Origin: Dehalococcoidia bacterium
GTDB lineage: Bacteria; Chloroflexota; Dehalococcoidia; SpSt-223
Reading direction: 5' to 3'
Assembly: GCA_025054935.1 (NCBI GenBank)
Contig: JANWZD010000001.1
Span: forward strand, 201,008 to 265,007
Length of the DNA stretch: 64,000 nt
The translations under genes were made by a program, and so were the position numbers. A model generated the notes under the pieces. It did no database searches, was not told the DNA's origin, and saw nothing but the letters and a program-made list of their open reading frames with translations. Shown here one piece after another: positions 54,585 through 64,000 of this stretch (position 1 is the first letter of the stretch; the number at the start of each line of letters is the position of its first letter).

Positions 54585-56389
54585 CAGTGCGACTCCTCGA
54601 ACAACTTCTTCAGTTCATCCGGCATCTCGGGCAGCGGCTCGGGCGTGACCGTGAACTCGCCATTCCGCACCCGAGTGACAAAGTTCACCTTGCCGAGTTG
54701 GGGATCGGCGTTGGGATAGTCTTCGCGGGTATGACCGCCGCGGCTCTCTTTGCGTGCGAGGGCGGAGCGGGTCGTCGCCTCGGCGACGGTCAGCATGGAG
54801 TGCAGGTCTAGGGCGAGGTGCCAAGCGGCGTTGTACATCCGGCTGCCGCTGACAGCGACCCGGCTGAGCCGATGGCGAAGCTTGGCGATCTCCTCGAGCG
54901 CGATGAGCAGTTCGCTTTCAGTCCGGATGATGCCGACGTGGGTCTGCATCAGGTCCTGCAGGTCAGCATGGATGGCGTACGGGTTCTCTCCCTCGTGGCG
55001 TTCCCACGGGGCAAGCATCGCCGCCACCGCCGCCTGCACTTGAGCGGGGTCAAGCGCCGGCAGGGTCTTGACGCACTTGGCATATTCAGCGGCGGCGAGG
55101 CCGGCGCGCCGTCCAAAGACCAGCAGGTCTGAGAGCGAGTTGCCGCCGAGACGGTTTGCGCCATGGAGGCCGGCAGCGACTTCGCCGGCGGCAAAGAGGC
55201 CGGGCACCGTCGCGGCGGTAGTCTCGGCGTCCACTCGGACCCCGCCCATGATGTAGTGGCAGGTCGGCCCGACTTCCATCGGCTCTTTCGTGATATCGAT
55301 GCCGGCGAGCTGGAGGAATTGGTGATACATTGAGGGGAGGCGCCGCTTGATGTACTCCGGGGGACGCCGCGTCGCAATATCGAGGTAGACGCCGCCGTGC
55401 GGGCTGCCGCGCCCGGCTTTCACCTCGGCATTGATCGCACGGGCGACTTCGTCGCGAGGCAGGAGGTCGGGCGTCCGGCGATTATTTTTCTTATCCTCGT
55501 ACCAGCGGTCGGCCTCGGCCTCGTTGTCGGCGGTCTCCGCCTTGAAATACTCCGGGATGTAGCGGAACATAAACCGCTCGCCGTCTTTGTTGCGCAAGGT
55601 GCCTCCGTCGCCGCGGACGCCTTCGGTGACGAGGATCCCGCGCACGCTCGGCGGCCAGACCATACCGGTGGGATGGAACTGGACCATCTCCATATCGATG
55701 AGGTCGGCGCCGGCATCTGCGGCGAGCGTGATGCCGTCCCCTGTCGACTCCCAGGAGTTGGAGTTGATCTTCCAGACCCGGCCAGTGCCGCCAGTGGCGA
55801 GCACCACGGCTTTGGCGCGAAACACCGCGATTTCGCCGCTCGCGCGCCAGTACGCGACAAGCCCGGCAATCCGGCCGCCGTCAAGCAGCAGCCGCTGCAC
55901 TGTCATCTCCATGAAGATGTCGATCGGCTGGTGAATCGCATGCTGCTGCAAAGTCCGGATCATCTCGAGGCCGGTCCGGTCGCCGACATGCGCGAGGCGC
56001 GCGTAGCGATGCCCGCCGAAGTCGCGCTGGAGGATCAGCCCATCTTTCGTCCGGTCGAACAGCGCCCCCCACGACTCCAGTTCGAGGACGCGGTCTGGCG
56101 CTTCCATGGCGTGGATCTGCGCCATGCGCCAGTTGTTCAGCATCTTCCCGCCGCGCATCGTGTCACGGAAGTGCACTTTCCAGTTGTCTTCCGGCCAGAC
56201 ATTGCCAAGCGCGGCGGCTATCCCGCCCTCGGCCATGACCGTATGCGCTTTGCCGAGGAGCGATTTGCAGATAATGGCGGTTTTCACGCCGAGAGCGGCG
56301 GACTCGATCGCGGCGCGCAGCCCGGCGCCCCCGGCGCCGACGACGACGACATCGTATTCGTGAGTCTCGTAGCGAGCAGTGACATCCAT
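54584..56389 (-). CDS. sdhA: Succinate dehydrogenase/fumarate reductase flavoprotein
   Basis: GAGGAG, AHTVMAEGG, QFHPTG, EGVRGDGG, HYIMGG, HGANRLGGNSL, ESRGGH. Confidence 0.95.
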   Translation of the reverse strand: MDVTARYETHEYDVVVVGAGGAGLRAAIESAALGVKTAIICKSLLGKAHTVMAEGGIAAALGNVWPEDNWKVHFRDTMRGGKMLNNWRMAQIHAMEAPDRVLELESWGALFDRTKDGLILQRDFGGHRYARLAHVGDRTGLEMIRTLQQHAIHQPIDIFMEMTVQRLLLDGGRIAGLVAYWRASGEIAVFRAKAVVLATGGTGRVWKINSNSWESTGDGITLAADAGADLIDMEMVQFHPTGMVWPPSVRGILVTEGVRGDGGTLRNKDGERFMFRYIPEYFKAETADNEAEADRWYEDKKNNRRTPDLLPRDEVARAINAEVKAGRGSPHGGVYLDIATRRPPEYIKRRLPSMYHQFLQLAGIDITKEPMEVGPTCHYIMGGVRVDAETTAATVPGLFAAGEVAAGLHGANRLGGNSLSDLLVFGRRAGLAAAEYAKCVKTLPALDPAQVQAAVAAMLAPWERHEGENPYAIHADLQDLMQTHVGIIRTESELLIALEEIAKLRHRLSRVAVSGSRMYNAAWHLALDLHSMLTVAEATTRSALARKESRGGHTREDYPNADPQLGKVNFVTRVRNGEFTVTPEPLPEMPDELKKLFEESH

Positions 56390-57168
56390 CAGAACACCCA
56401 CCGTGGTTCGCTGATGATGCCGGCGGCAAGAAGCCGGACGTAGAGGTCGGTCAGCGCGACGCCGATGAGGCTGACCCACGCGATTTGCATGTGTCGCTCG
56501 TTGAGGCGGCTGACGATCTTCCAGAGGGAGAAGCGGACCGGCGCCGACGAGAACTGCTTAAGGCCCCCACCGCAGAGATGCCGCCCGGCATGACACGACG
56601 CCGTGTAGAGCGTGAGCAGCGTCGTGTTCGCCGCAAGGATCACAGTCCCCAAGCCGATCCCGAAGCGCCCGTCAAAGTTGAACGCCATGAAGACGTCGAC
56701 CCAGAGGAAGACGAGGATAGGGATCGACAGCCAGAAGAAGTAGCGATGGAGGTTTTGAAGGATGAAGGGGAATTTCGTCTCCCCGCTGTAGCGCTTTCTG
56801 GCGTCCGGCACTGCGCAGGCGGGAGGCGACCAGAAGAACGCCCGGTAGTACGCCTTGCGATAGTAGTAGCAGGTAGTCCGGAAGCCGAGCGGCACCCAGA
56901 GGATCAGAATGGCTGGCGACAACGCCCACCACGCTCCAAAGAGCGGCAAGCTCACATGCTCGCACGTCACCACTAGGCACGGCGAGTAGAACGGCGAGAG
57001 ATAGGGCGCCGCGTAATACCCAGCGTTGCCGAAGAGGGCTGCCCACGTGGCATAGAGACCAAACGCTACCAAGACGAGCCCGGAGATCAGCGGCTCGACC
57101 CACCAACGGTCTTTCCGTTCGATTGCGGGACGGAATTGCTGGCCGGGACGAAGGGCTTCCGTCGTCAT
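56389..57168 (-). CDS. Succinate dehydrogenase membrane anchor, Rv0249c-like
   Basis: YLSPFYSPC, FRTTCYYYRKAYYR.F..SPPAC, QNLHRYF, SCH..RH..GG; first gene of the sdh operon. Confidence 0.88.
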   Translation of the reverse strand: MTTEALRPGQQFRPAIERKDRWWVEPLISGLVLVAFGLYATWAALFGNAGYYAAPYLSPFYSPCLVVTCEHVSLPLFGAWWALSPAILILWVPLGFRTTCYYYRKAYYRAFFWSPPACAVPDARKRYSGETKFPFILQNLHRYFFWLSIPILVFLWVDVFMAFNFDGRFGIGLGTVILAANTTLLTLYTASCHAGRHLCGGGLKQFSSAPVRFSLWKIVSRLNERHMQIAWVSLIGVALTDLYVRLLAAGIISEPRWVF

Positions 57169-57248
57169 CTGCTCACTCCTGTTCGCAAAGACACCGCGCT
57201 CCTCCTTTGCCTGCGCTATTGGCTGGTGCGGCAATGACTCTCGTCGTC

Positions 57249-57282
57249 AGTATACCAAAGCCGTTCTAGAACCGATTGTCAA
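57249..57282 (-). promoter_or_regulatory. Probable sdh operon promoter
   Basis: Minus strand extended -10 TGGTATACT, preceded by palindrome GTTCTAGAAC and a TTGACA at non-canonical 22-nt spacing. Confidence 0.5.
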
Positions 57283-57917
57283 AAGGGAAAAGGGTGAAGA
57301 GGAGAGCGCTCCTCTCTTTCGAAATTGGGGCGCATCTCCGCAACGCAACAACGATCTGACGATATACAGCGTACGGCGCGCAAAACATCTCGTCTCGATG
57401 CGACGAAATATTCTCGCTGCTGCTCCGAAAACGAGGCGGAAAGAGCGCGGAGATCCCGCTCTTGCTGCGGTCAATGGCCGAAGGTTCACTCCGTTCTCAA
57501 CGTGTGAAAAGGCCGCACCAGGGAGCGCCATCAGCGCACATGCTGACCGAGACGACGGCAGCGGGAAGCGACTCGCCGGCCGAGGGGCGGTCAGTATTTC
57601 CCGCGGCTTGCTGTGCCGCGCCAGAGTTGTCGGGCGCTCTTCTGCAATCCGGGGCTGCTTCCGGGAGGAGCCAAATTCGCTCTGGCACGGCGCGTCCGCC
57701 TCGATAGCGGGAACGAAAAGGAGCGCCTCTCTCACAGGGCGTATTACAGCAGGATGCCGGAGCACATCGTCGGCGCCGCAGCCGTTCATCTCCTTGGGCT
57801 ACCTGCCGAGGGCGCTCTTCTCTATCCTGAAGAACGCAGGCGTGGACCGACGGGGCTGGGAAGCGACCTGCGCCCGCACGTGTGCGCCGGGCCAGCACGG
57901 CGAGTGAGGAGACGAAG

Positions 57918-58721
57918 ATGACCGGGTCGCTGCAGGGACAGGTGGCGCTTGTCACCGGTGGCGCGGGGCTGATCGGGGCGGCGATCTCGCGGCGTCTCGC
58001 GCGCGAGGGAGCCGCTGTCGTCATCAACGGACGCGACCGCGCCAAAGCTGCGCAGCTCGCGGCCGCGCTTGCGGCGGCAGGAGGACATGCTGAGGTGGCG
58101 ATTGCCGATGTCCGCGATGAAGCGGCAGTCAGCGACATGGTCAGCGGCATTCTTGCGCGTCATGGTCGGTTGGACATCCTGGTGAACAATGCCGGGGGCG
58201 TGCGCGTGGCGGGTGCCGGCCGGCCGGCATATGTTGCTGACACGCGCCTCCAAGACTGGCAGCAGGTGCTCGATCTGAACTTGACAGCAGCGTTTCTCTG
58301 CACCCGCGCGGTTCTCCCGGCAATGGTCGAGCGGCGGTACGGCCGGATTGTCTCTATCTCCTCGGCAGGGCAGTTCGGGGTGATGGGGCTCGCCCACTAC
58401 GCGGCGGCGAAAGCCGGCCTGATCGGCTTGACGAAGACGGTCGCGCTCGAGTACGGCCGCCTCGGGATTACCGCGAACATCGTCGCCCCCCACCTGACCG
58501 AGAGCGGGCGGCCGCGCTCGGCGATGGCGGAGACCCTGCTCGCGCAGCAACCGATCCCGCGCTATGGTCGGCCGGAGGAGATCGCGGGAGCGGTCGCCTA
58601 TTTGGTCGGGCCGGATGCAGCCTATATCACCGGCCACGTGATGAATGTGATGGGCGGCTTGGAATGGCTCGGCCCGACGATCGACATGACGGCGCTCCGC
58701 CGAGCCGATGGCGCCCCCTAG
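57918..58721 (+). CDS. Short-chain dehydrogenase/reductase (FabG-like)
   Basis: TGGAGLIG, DILVNNAG, YAAAK, GRPEEIA. Confidence 0.92.
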   Translation: MTGSLQGQVALVTGGAGLIGAAISRRLAREGAAVVINGRDRAKAAQLAAALAAAGGHAEVAIADVRDEAAVSDMVSGILARHGRLDILVNNAGGVRVAGAGRPAYVADTRLQDWQQVLDLNLTAAFLCTRAVLPAMVERRYGRIVSISSAGQFGVMGLAHYAAAKAGLIGLTKTVALEYGRLGITANIVAPHLTESGRPRSAMAETLLAQQPIPRYGRPEEIAGAVAYLVGPDAAYITGHVMNVMGGLEWLGPTIDMTALRRADGAP

Positions 58722-58790
58722 CGGCCGGGCTCTCCTGCACGGCGGCCTGATGCGATCGGTGCTACCATTTCAGTTGCTGGGAGCGCGCAC

Positions 58791-59918
58791 ATGCAGTCTG
58801 GTCGACCGGGGTGCTATCAGCTCGGCCTCGTCGCCCTCATCAGTCTGATCGTCGGAAGCGCGGCGGGCGCGGCCGCGGCGATCCTCGTTCCGCCGCTCGT
58901 GGGGTATCGGCCGGCGGTCATCGACCGGTCGCCGGCGGCGCAGGTGAATGTTGCGCTCCGGCTGACAGAAGAGTCTGCGATTATCCAAGCCGCCGAGCGC
59001 GTCGGACCGGCGGTGGTCACTCTGCAGACCAGCAACCGGATCTCCTTCTACCGCACGGGGGAGATCAGCGGCTTCGGGTCGGGGGTGATTTTCGATCGCC
59101 GGGGCTATGTCCTGACGAACAAACACGTCATCGAAGGTGCCCGCCAGATTGTGGCAGTGCTGGCCGACGGCCGTCGGGTCGAGGCGACTACGCTGGGGCT
59201 GGACCCGCTGACCGACTTGGCGATTGTCAAGTTGCGCGACGGCGACTATCCTGCTGCGGAGCTCGGCGATTCCTCGGGGCTCCGGCCGGGGCAGTTGGTG
59301 ATCGCGATCGGCAGCCCCCTCGGCTCCTATCAGAATAGCGTGACCGCCGGCGTGGTGAGCGCTGTCAACCGGACAATCGAAGCTGACCAGACCAACCGGG
59401 GGGAGCCGCTGCACGACCTGATCCAGACCGACGCCGCGATCAACCCCGGCAACAGCGGCGGCCCGCTCGTCAATGCTCTTGGCCAAGTGATCGGCATCAA
59501 CACCGTGATTGCGAGCCGCGCCCAGAACATCGGCTTCGCGATCGCGATCAACAGCGCCAAACCGATCGTGGCGTCAGCGCTTGAACAAAATCGCGTTGTT
59601 CGGCCGTGGCTCGGGATCCGCTATCTGCCGAACAGCCAAGCGGTAGCGGCGGCGCAAGGACTGCCGATCGATTATGGAGTGGTGATCTACTCGGAGAATC
59701 CGCGGCTGCCGGCGGTGGAGCCGAACAGCCCGGCAGCGCGCGCCGGGCTGCGCCAAGGAGATATCATCACCGAACTGAATGGCCAGCGGCTCGATGCTAC
59801 GCGGAGCCTGGCGGATGTGATCCAGAAACTGCGGGTCGGCGACCGCGTTCCTCTCAAGGTGTATCGCGACGGCGTCGAGCGCACGCTCGAGATCACCTTA
59901 GTCGAGCGTCCTTCCTAG
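58791..59918 (+). CDS. htrA: HtrA/DegP-type serine protease with PDZ domain
   Basis: N-terminal TM, GSG, TNKHV, DLA, IQTDAAINPGNSGGPL, one PDZ. Confidence 0.93.
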   Translation: MQSGRPGCYQLGLVALISLIVGSAAGAAAAILVPPLVGYRPAVIDRSPAAQVNVALRLTEESAIIQAAERVGPAVVTLQTSNRISFYRTGEISGFGSGVIFDRRGYVLTNKHVIEGARQIVAVLADGRRVEATTLGLDPLTDLAIVKLRDGDYPAAELGDSSGLRPGQLVIAIGSPLGSYQNSVTAGVVSAVNRTIEADQTNRGEPLHDLIQTDAAINPGNSGGPLVNALGQVIGINTVIASRAQNIGFAIAINSAKPIVASALEQNRVVRPWLGIRYLPNSQAVAAAQGLPIDYGVVIYSENPRLPAVEPNSPAARAGLRQGDIITELNGQRLDATRSLADVIQKLRVGDRVPLKVYRDGVERTLEITLVERPS

Positions 59919-59922
59919 AGCC

Positions 59923-60471
59923 GTGCGGGTGACCGGCGGCACCTGCCGCGGACGTCCGCTTCTTGTTCCCAAGACTGGCGCGACCCGGCCCACCTCCGAC
60001 CTGCTGCGCGGCGTCATTTTCAACCTGCTTGAGCGCGAAGCGGAGACGTGGGAGCGCGTGCTCGATCTCTACGCGGGGAGCGGAGCACTCGGCATCGAGG
60101 CACTCAGCCGGGGGGCGGGGCACGCAACCTTTGTCGAGCGTCATCCCGAGGCGTGCCGCACGATAGCGGAGAACCTGCGCCGGCTCGGCCTCACCGACCG
60201 GGCTACTGTCCGCTGCCAAGCGGTTCGGTCGGCGCTCGCAACGCTGACAGACCCCTACTCTATAATCTTCCTCGACCCGCCGTACGCCGATCCTGACGTC
60301 GACGCGGTACTGGCCGAGCTTGCCGGCTCGCCGGTGGTGGGGCCGGAAACGGTTATCGTTCTCGAACATTCTCGGCAGCGCGACCCAGCCCCAGCTCCGC
60401 CGCGGTTGCGGCGTGTCACGCTGCGCTGCCATGGCGACACCTGCGTCTCACTATTTCGGCGTGGGGAGTGA
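59923..60471 (+). CDS. rsmD: 16S rRNA m2G966 methyltransferase
   Basis: TRPT, LDLYAGSGALGIEALSRGA, FLDPPY; precedes coaD. Confidence 0.93.
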   Translation: MRVTGGTCRGRPLLVPKTGATRPTSDLLRGVIFNLLEREAETWERVLDLYAGSGALGIEALSRGAGHATFVERHPEACRTIAENLRRLGLTDRATVRCQAVRSALATLTDPYSIIFLDPPYADPDVDAVLAELAGSPVVGPETVIVLEHSRQRDPAPAPPRLRRVTLRCHGDTCVSLFRRGE

Positions 60472-60474
60472 GCG

Positions 60475-60963
60475 GTGGTCCGTGCCCTCTACCCCGGGAC
60501 CTTTGATCCGGTGACGAATGGCCATCTCGACGTCACCGAGCGCGCCTCTCGGCTGTTCGACGAGGTGATCGTCGCCGTTTACGATGCTCCTCCGAAGCAG
60601 CTGCTCTTCTCGACGGAGGAGCGCGTGGCCCTTTTTCAAGCGGCGGTCATGGAGCGAGGGCTCGCAAATGTCCACGTCCAATCGTACACCGGCCTGACTG
60701 TCCGCACCGCGCGCCGCCTTGGCTGCAGTGTCGTTGTCCGCGGCATCCGGGCGCTGGGGGATTTTCTCTACGAGGCCGATATGGCGATGACGAACCGCTC
60801 TCTCGAACCAGACGTGGAAGTGGTCTTTTTGATGACCCTTCTTGAATATTCTTTCATCAGCTCCAGCCGGGTGAAAGAGTTGGCGGCGCTCGGCGAGCCA
60901 GTCGGCAATTACGTGCCGAAGCCGGTGGAACGGGCGATCGTCGAGAAGCTGGCGCGGCGGTAG
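60475..60963 (+). CDS. coaD: Phosphopantetheine adenylyltransferase
   Basis: YPGTFDPVTNGHLD, VRGIR, ISSS.VKE. Confidence 0.97.
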   Translation: MVRALYPGTFDPVTNGHLDVTERASRLFDEVIVAVYDAPPKQLLFSTEERVALFQAAVMERGLANVHVQSYTGLTVRTARRLGCSVVVRGIRALGDFLYEADMAMTNRSLEPDVEVVFLMTLLEYSFISSSRVKELAALGEPVGNYVPKPVERAIVEKLARR

Positions 60964-60977
60964 AGGAGGCGACGGCC

Positions 60978-61466
60978 GTGGACATTCTCCATCTGATCGA
61001 CCGTCTCGAAGCATTGGTCGCCCAGGGCACCCGGGTGCCCGGGCTTGGCAAAATCATCGTCGACCCTGACCAGCTGCTCGACCTCATCGATCAGATGCGG
61101 ATCTCGGTGCCGAAAGAGATGCATGAGGCACGGCGGATCCTCGAAGAGCGCGACCTCCTTTTGTCGCAAGCGCGAGCTGAAGCGGAGTCGATGCTGGCCG
61201 CCGCGCGCGAGGAGATCGAGCAGCGGCTGCAATCGAGCGACATTGTGCGCCAGGCCCAGGAGCGCGCCCAAGAGATCATTGCGCAGGCGCAGCGTTCTGC
61301 CCAGCTGATCGAGGCCGATGCGAACGCCGACGCAGCAGCAACCCGCCGCGAAGCCGACGAATACTCGATCGACGTTATCCGGCGGATGCTGGCGCAGATT
61401 GAGTCGGTGGAAGGTCAGCTTCGCCGCTATATTGAACAGGTGCAGCAAGGTGCTGGCCGCGGTTGA
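60978..61466 (+). CDS. Conserved coiled-coil protein (DivIVA/ATPase-b-like) between coaD and yceD
   Basis: MDILHLIDRLE..RVP...VD...LD.IDQMR..P.E..A; heptad-rich; familiar coaD-X-yceD synteny. Confidence 0.8.
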   Translation: MDILHLIDRLEALVAQGTRVPGLGKIIVDPDQLLDLIDQMRISVPKEMHEARRILEERDLLLSQARAEAESMLAAAREEIEQRLQSSDIVRQAQERAQEIIAQAQRSAQLIEADANADAAATRREADEYSIDVIRRMLAQIESVEGQLRRYIEQVQQGAGRG

Positions 61467-61498
61467 ACCGAATAGCCGCCTCGGGCTACACTTGACAA

Positions 61499-61522
61499 AG
61501 AGCCGGGGTGCGCCCCGGCTCT
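61499..61522 (+). terminator. Hairpin after the coiled-coil gene
   Basis: AGAGCCGGGG-TGCG-CCCCGGCTCT perfect 10-bp stem, pyrimidine-rich tail. Confidence 0.55.
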
Positions 61523-61590
61523 CCTTCCTCTTGAGGTGAGAAGACGAAAGCGCGTTCTCGCCGGCGGAGGCGAGAACACCCTCGATCACA

Positions 61591-62112
61591 ATGCAGTACA
61601 ACGTTTCGCAGTTTCTTCGCAGTCCTGTTGGGGAAACCCGCCACTTTCCCGTGGAAGGGGACATCAGCGGCGTGGACGACCGCCGGCAGCGGACGGCGGT
61701 GACCGGCTCGGTCGAACTGCTCCGCACCAACCAGGGGGTCCTTGCGCGGGTCGTTGCCGGCCTCCACTCGATTGAGGAGTGCAGCCGCTGCCTTGCGCTG
61801 TTTGAGCATCCCCTCACCATTACGTTCGAAGAAGTGTTCTATCCCACCATCGACCCAGTGTCCGGTTTTCCGCTTCCCCTGCCCCCTGAAGACGACCCCT
61901 TCCTGATCGACCACAACCATCTGCTCGACCTGAGCGATGCGATCCGCGAATATGCGGTGATGGCGCGTCCGATCCAGCCGCTCTGCCACGCCGAGTGCGC
62001 TGGCCTCTGCCCGACCTGCGGCGTTAACCGGAATGAAACCGCCTGCCGGTGCGCCGACGCGCCCGTCGACCCGCGCTGGGCAGCGCTTTGGCAGCTGCAC
62101 CTTCAGGAGTAA
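61591..62112 (+). CDS. yceD: DUF177 / YceD family protein
   Basis: ECSRCL, LDL...IRE, P..PLC...C.GLCP.CG.N.N, DPRWAAL; precedes rpmF. Confidence 0.93.
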   Translation: MQYNVSQFLRSPVGETRHFPVEGDISGVDDRRQRTAVTGSVELLRTNQGVLARVVAGLHSIEECSRCLALFEHPLTITFEEVFYPTIDPVSGFPLPLPPEDDPFLIDHNHLLDLSDAIREYAVMARPIQPLCHAECAGLCPTCGVNRNETACRCADAPVDPRWAALWQLHLQE

Positions 62113-62115
62113 TCG

Positions 62116-62313
62116 ATGGCTGTTCCGAAGAAGAAAACTCCGCGCTCCTACAAGTTGAGTCGCCGGAGCCACCACCATCTGACGAAGCCCCAACTGCAGC
62201 CCTGTCCGCAGTGTCGTCAGCCCATGCTTAGTCACCGCGCCTGTCCTCACTGCGGCACCTACAACGGCCGTGAGGTCATTCCCGAGAAGGCGCAACTGCC
62301 AGACTCACGCTAA
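62116..62313 (+). CDS. rpmF: 50S ribosomal protein L32 (zinc-ribbon form)
   Basis: MAVPKKK..RRSH..CPQC....[12 protein letters not shown]. Confidence 0.96.
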   Translation: MAVPKKKTPRSYKLSRRSHHHLTKPQLQPCPQCRQPMLSHRACPHCGTYNGREVIPEKAQLPDSR

Positions 62314-62318
62314 GCCCG

Positions 62319-63203
62319 GTGGCGGACGGCGCGCCGGTCTTCGATGTGGCGGCACTGCGTGCTGGGGTCGCTCCGCTGGGGGTGCCGCTCGACGACGATC
62401 GGCTCGCTCAGCTCGACCAGTACGCGCGGCTCATTCTCGCTTGGAACCAGCGTATCAATCTGACGGCCGTTACCGACCCGACCGGGATCGCGCTCCGGCA
62501 TTTTGCGGACTCGCTCTCGGTGGCCGCCGTTTGGCAGCCAAAGCGAGCCGAGACCGTGGTTGATGTCGGCAGCGGCGCCGGCTTCCCTGGGCTCGTCCTC
62601 AAGATCGTCTGGCCCGCGATTGCGCTCACGCTCATCGAGGCAACGGGCAAAAAAGCGGCCTTTCTTCTCGAGGCGGTGCGGGTTCTTCAACTTGGAGGAG
62701 TGCAGGTCGTTGCTGCCCGTGCTGAAGAAGCGGCGCACCGCCCCGACCTGCGGGAACAGTTTGACCGGGCCCTCGCTCGCGCTGTCGCTCCCCTGCCGAC
62801 CCTGCTGGAGCTGACAGTGCCGTTCCTCAAGGTCGGCGGCCGGGCGCTCCTGCATAAGTCCGGCGACCTTGGCGGCGAACTTACTGCTGCTGAGCAGGCG
62901 ATGCGCCCGCTCGGCGCTGCCGGCCTGCGCGTCATCCCGGTGGACCTGCCCGGCCTCAGCCGCCGGCTCCTCGTCGAGGTCAGCAAAGATGCGCCGACCC
63001 CCCCTGCCTATCCCCGTCGTCCGGGCATTCCCAGCAAGCGCCCTCTCGGGAGCCGCGGGGAGCGGTCGGCTCAGGCGCGCAGCGTTTCGAAGTTCGCGAC
63101 ACCGAACGTCGGGCTGGGAGGAAGCACGCCGGCGCGGAGGGCGTCGAACCAACGGTCGGTTGCCCAGAGCAGCGTTGGGGCGCCCGCGGTCGGCAGGAGG
63201 TAG
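62319..63203 (+). CDS. rsmG: 16S rRNA m7G527 methyltransferase
   Basis: WN.RINLTA, HFADSL, DVGSGAGFPG, RAEE, ARAVA, YPRRPG.P.K.PL. Confidence 0.95.
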   Translation: MADGAPVFDVAALRAGVAPLGVPLDDDRLAQLDQYARLILAWNQRINLTAVTDPTGIALRHFADSLSVAAVWQPKRAETVVDVGSGAGFPGLVLKIVWPAIALTLIEATGKKAAFLLEAVRVLQLGGVQVVAARAEEAAHRPDLREQFDRALARAVAPLPTLLELTVPFLKVGGRALLHKSGDLGGELTAAEQAMRPLGAAGLRVIPVDLPGLSRRLLVEVSKDAPTPPAYPRRPGIPSKRPLGSRGERSAQARSVSKFATPNVGLGGSTPARRASNQRSVAQSSVGAPAVGRR

Positions 63204-63733
63204 CTGAGCGCTTCGGCAATCTCGACTTCCGCGGCACCGGCATCGTGCAGACGGCGGAGATGATAGGTAAAGGCGCCAGCGCGCTGATGGATCGCCTGCA
63301 CTGTCAGCAGCGCGAGGTCGGCGAGCCGAGGCTCGATCGTTCCGCGAACGGTGTCAACCAAGCGCTGATACTGCTCCTCCGGGCTGCTCTGGAGCCAAGC
63401 AGCCCAGTGCTCCGCGCCGAAGGCGAGCGCGGTCCACCCGTCGCCCGCGGCGGCGAGCGCAACCGCTGCTCGCATCTCCTCAGGGGGAACGCCGGCTGCA
63501 ACGGCACGGTCAAGGTGGAGGCTGCCCACCCGCTGTCGCTGGGCGGTCAGCAGGGCAATCCAGATGATTTCGCGCTCACGGTTGGTCAGGCGTCTCGGAA
63601 CGAGATTGAGCGTCCGGTAGAGGTCGCCCCACTTTTCGAGCACTGTCGGCTCAAGGTGACCGTAAACAATGTGGTAGCTGAGGGTGTAGCCGCGTTCTCG
63701 CTGGATCCGCTCCAGCAGCGCGTGGTCTGCCAT
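63071..63733 (-). CDS. Carboxymuconolactone decarboxylase/AhpD-like protein (two repeats)
   Basis: LTNREREII.IA...HL.RA..AG...EE and a second HLRR...AGA.E.EIAEAL. GAGGAGG SD. Confidence 0.75.
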   Translation of the reverse strand: MADHALLERIQRERGYTLSYHIVYGHLEPTVLEKWGDLYRTLNLVPRRLTNREREIIWIALLTAQRQRVGSLHLDRAVAAGVPPEEMRAAVALAAAGDGWTALAFGAEHWAAWLQSSPEEQYQRLVDTVRGTIEPRLADLALLTVQAIHQRAGAFTYHLRRLHDAGAAEVEIAEALSYLLPTAGAPTLLWATDRWFDALRAGVLPPSPTFGVANFETLRA

Positions 63734-63863
63734 TGCTCCTCCTCGTGAGTCTCCGGCGCAGTCTAGCGTGCGAGCGGGTGGAGCAGCGGGCAGAGGCGCG
63801 GCAGGCTTGGCAGAGAACGACGTCCGAGTTGACTGCTTGGCTGTTCTCCACCAAGATCTGCGC

Positions 63864-64000
63864 GTGCGCGTCCTCGTCGCTCTTCTTCTCGTGAGTATCG
63901 TTCTGATCCCCCTTCTGCTGCGCGAGCTGCCCGAGCGCGCGTCCGCTGCGCCCCTCCCGCCTCCTGCTCCGGCGAAAGGGATTGGCTATGGCGTAATGAC
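63864..64000 (+). CDS. N-terminal fragment of a probable secreted protein (runs off the window)
   Basis: GTG start: MRVLVALLLVSIVLIPLLL..RASAAPLPPPAPAKGIGYGV; open to the window end. Confidence 0.5.
   Translation, partial: MRVLVALLLVSIVLIPLLLRELPERASAAPLPPPAPAKGIGYGVM

Noticed and set aside
1..64000. tRNA, rRNA, CRISPR, IS or prophage elements
   Set aside because: None recognised by eye; a covariance-model scan would be needed to exclude small RNAs.

Overview
GC-rich, gene-dense chromosomal segment of about 58 protein-coding genes. The gene content (YYY/DUF2298 and TIGR03663-type membrane proteins, paralogous luciferase-like monooxygenases, a mycobacterial-type Sdh1 operon) points to Chloroflexota; this is an inference. 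Housekeeping genes include an EF-G paralog, xseAB, efp, pepP, topA, yebC, typA, ftsY, mgtE, sdhAB plus anchor, htrA, rsmD, coaD, yceD, rpmF and rsmG. I saw no rRNA, tRNA, CRISPR array, transposase or prophage. The best candidate for an under-described system is an 11 kb run of four GT-C-type membrane proteins behind ftsY, two fused to PA14 and/or NHL beta-propeller domains, with a flippase-like/DUF362 pair nearby; it looks like an archaeal-style extracytoplasmic glycosylation machine. Other oddities: a BCCP with no biotin lysine, a membrane-anchored Trm112 followed by a PD-(D/E)xK-like protein, a glycosidase homolog lacking its nucleophile, an ACT-fused single-domain GlnE, an orphan Dam-type methylase coupled to EF-G2, an unannotated antiporter pseudogene, a CRP-type box plus terminator in the typA leader, and several leaderless genes. 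All assignments come from reading motifs by eye; no database searches were run.
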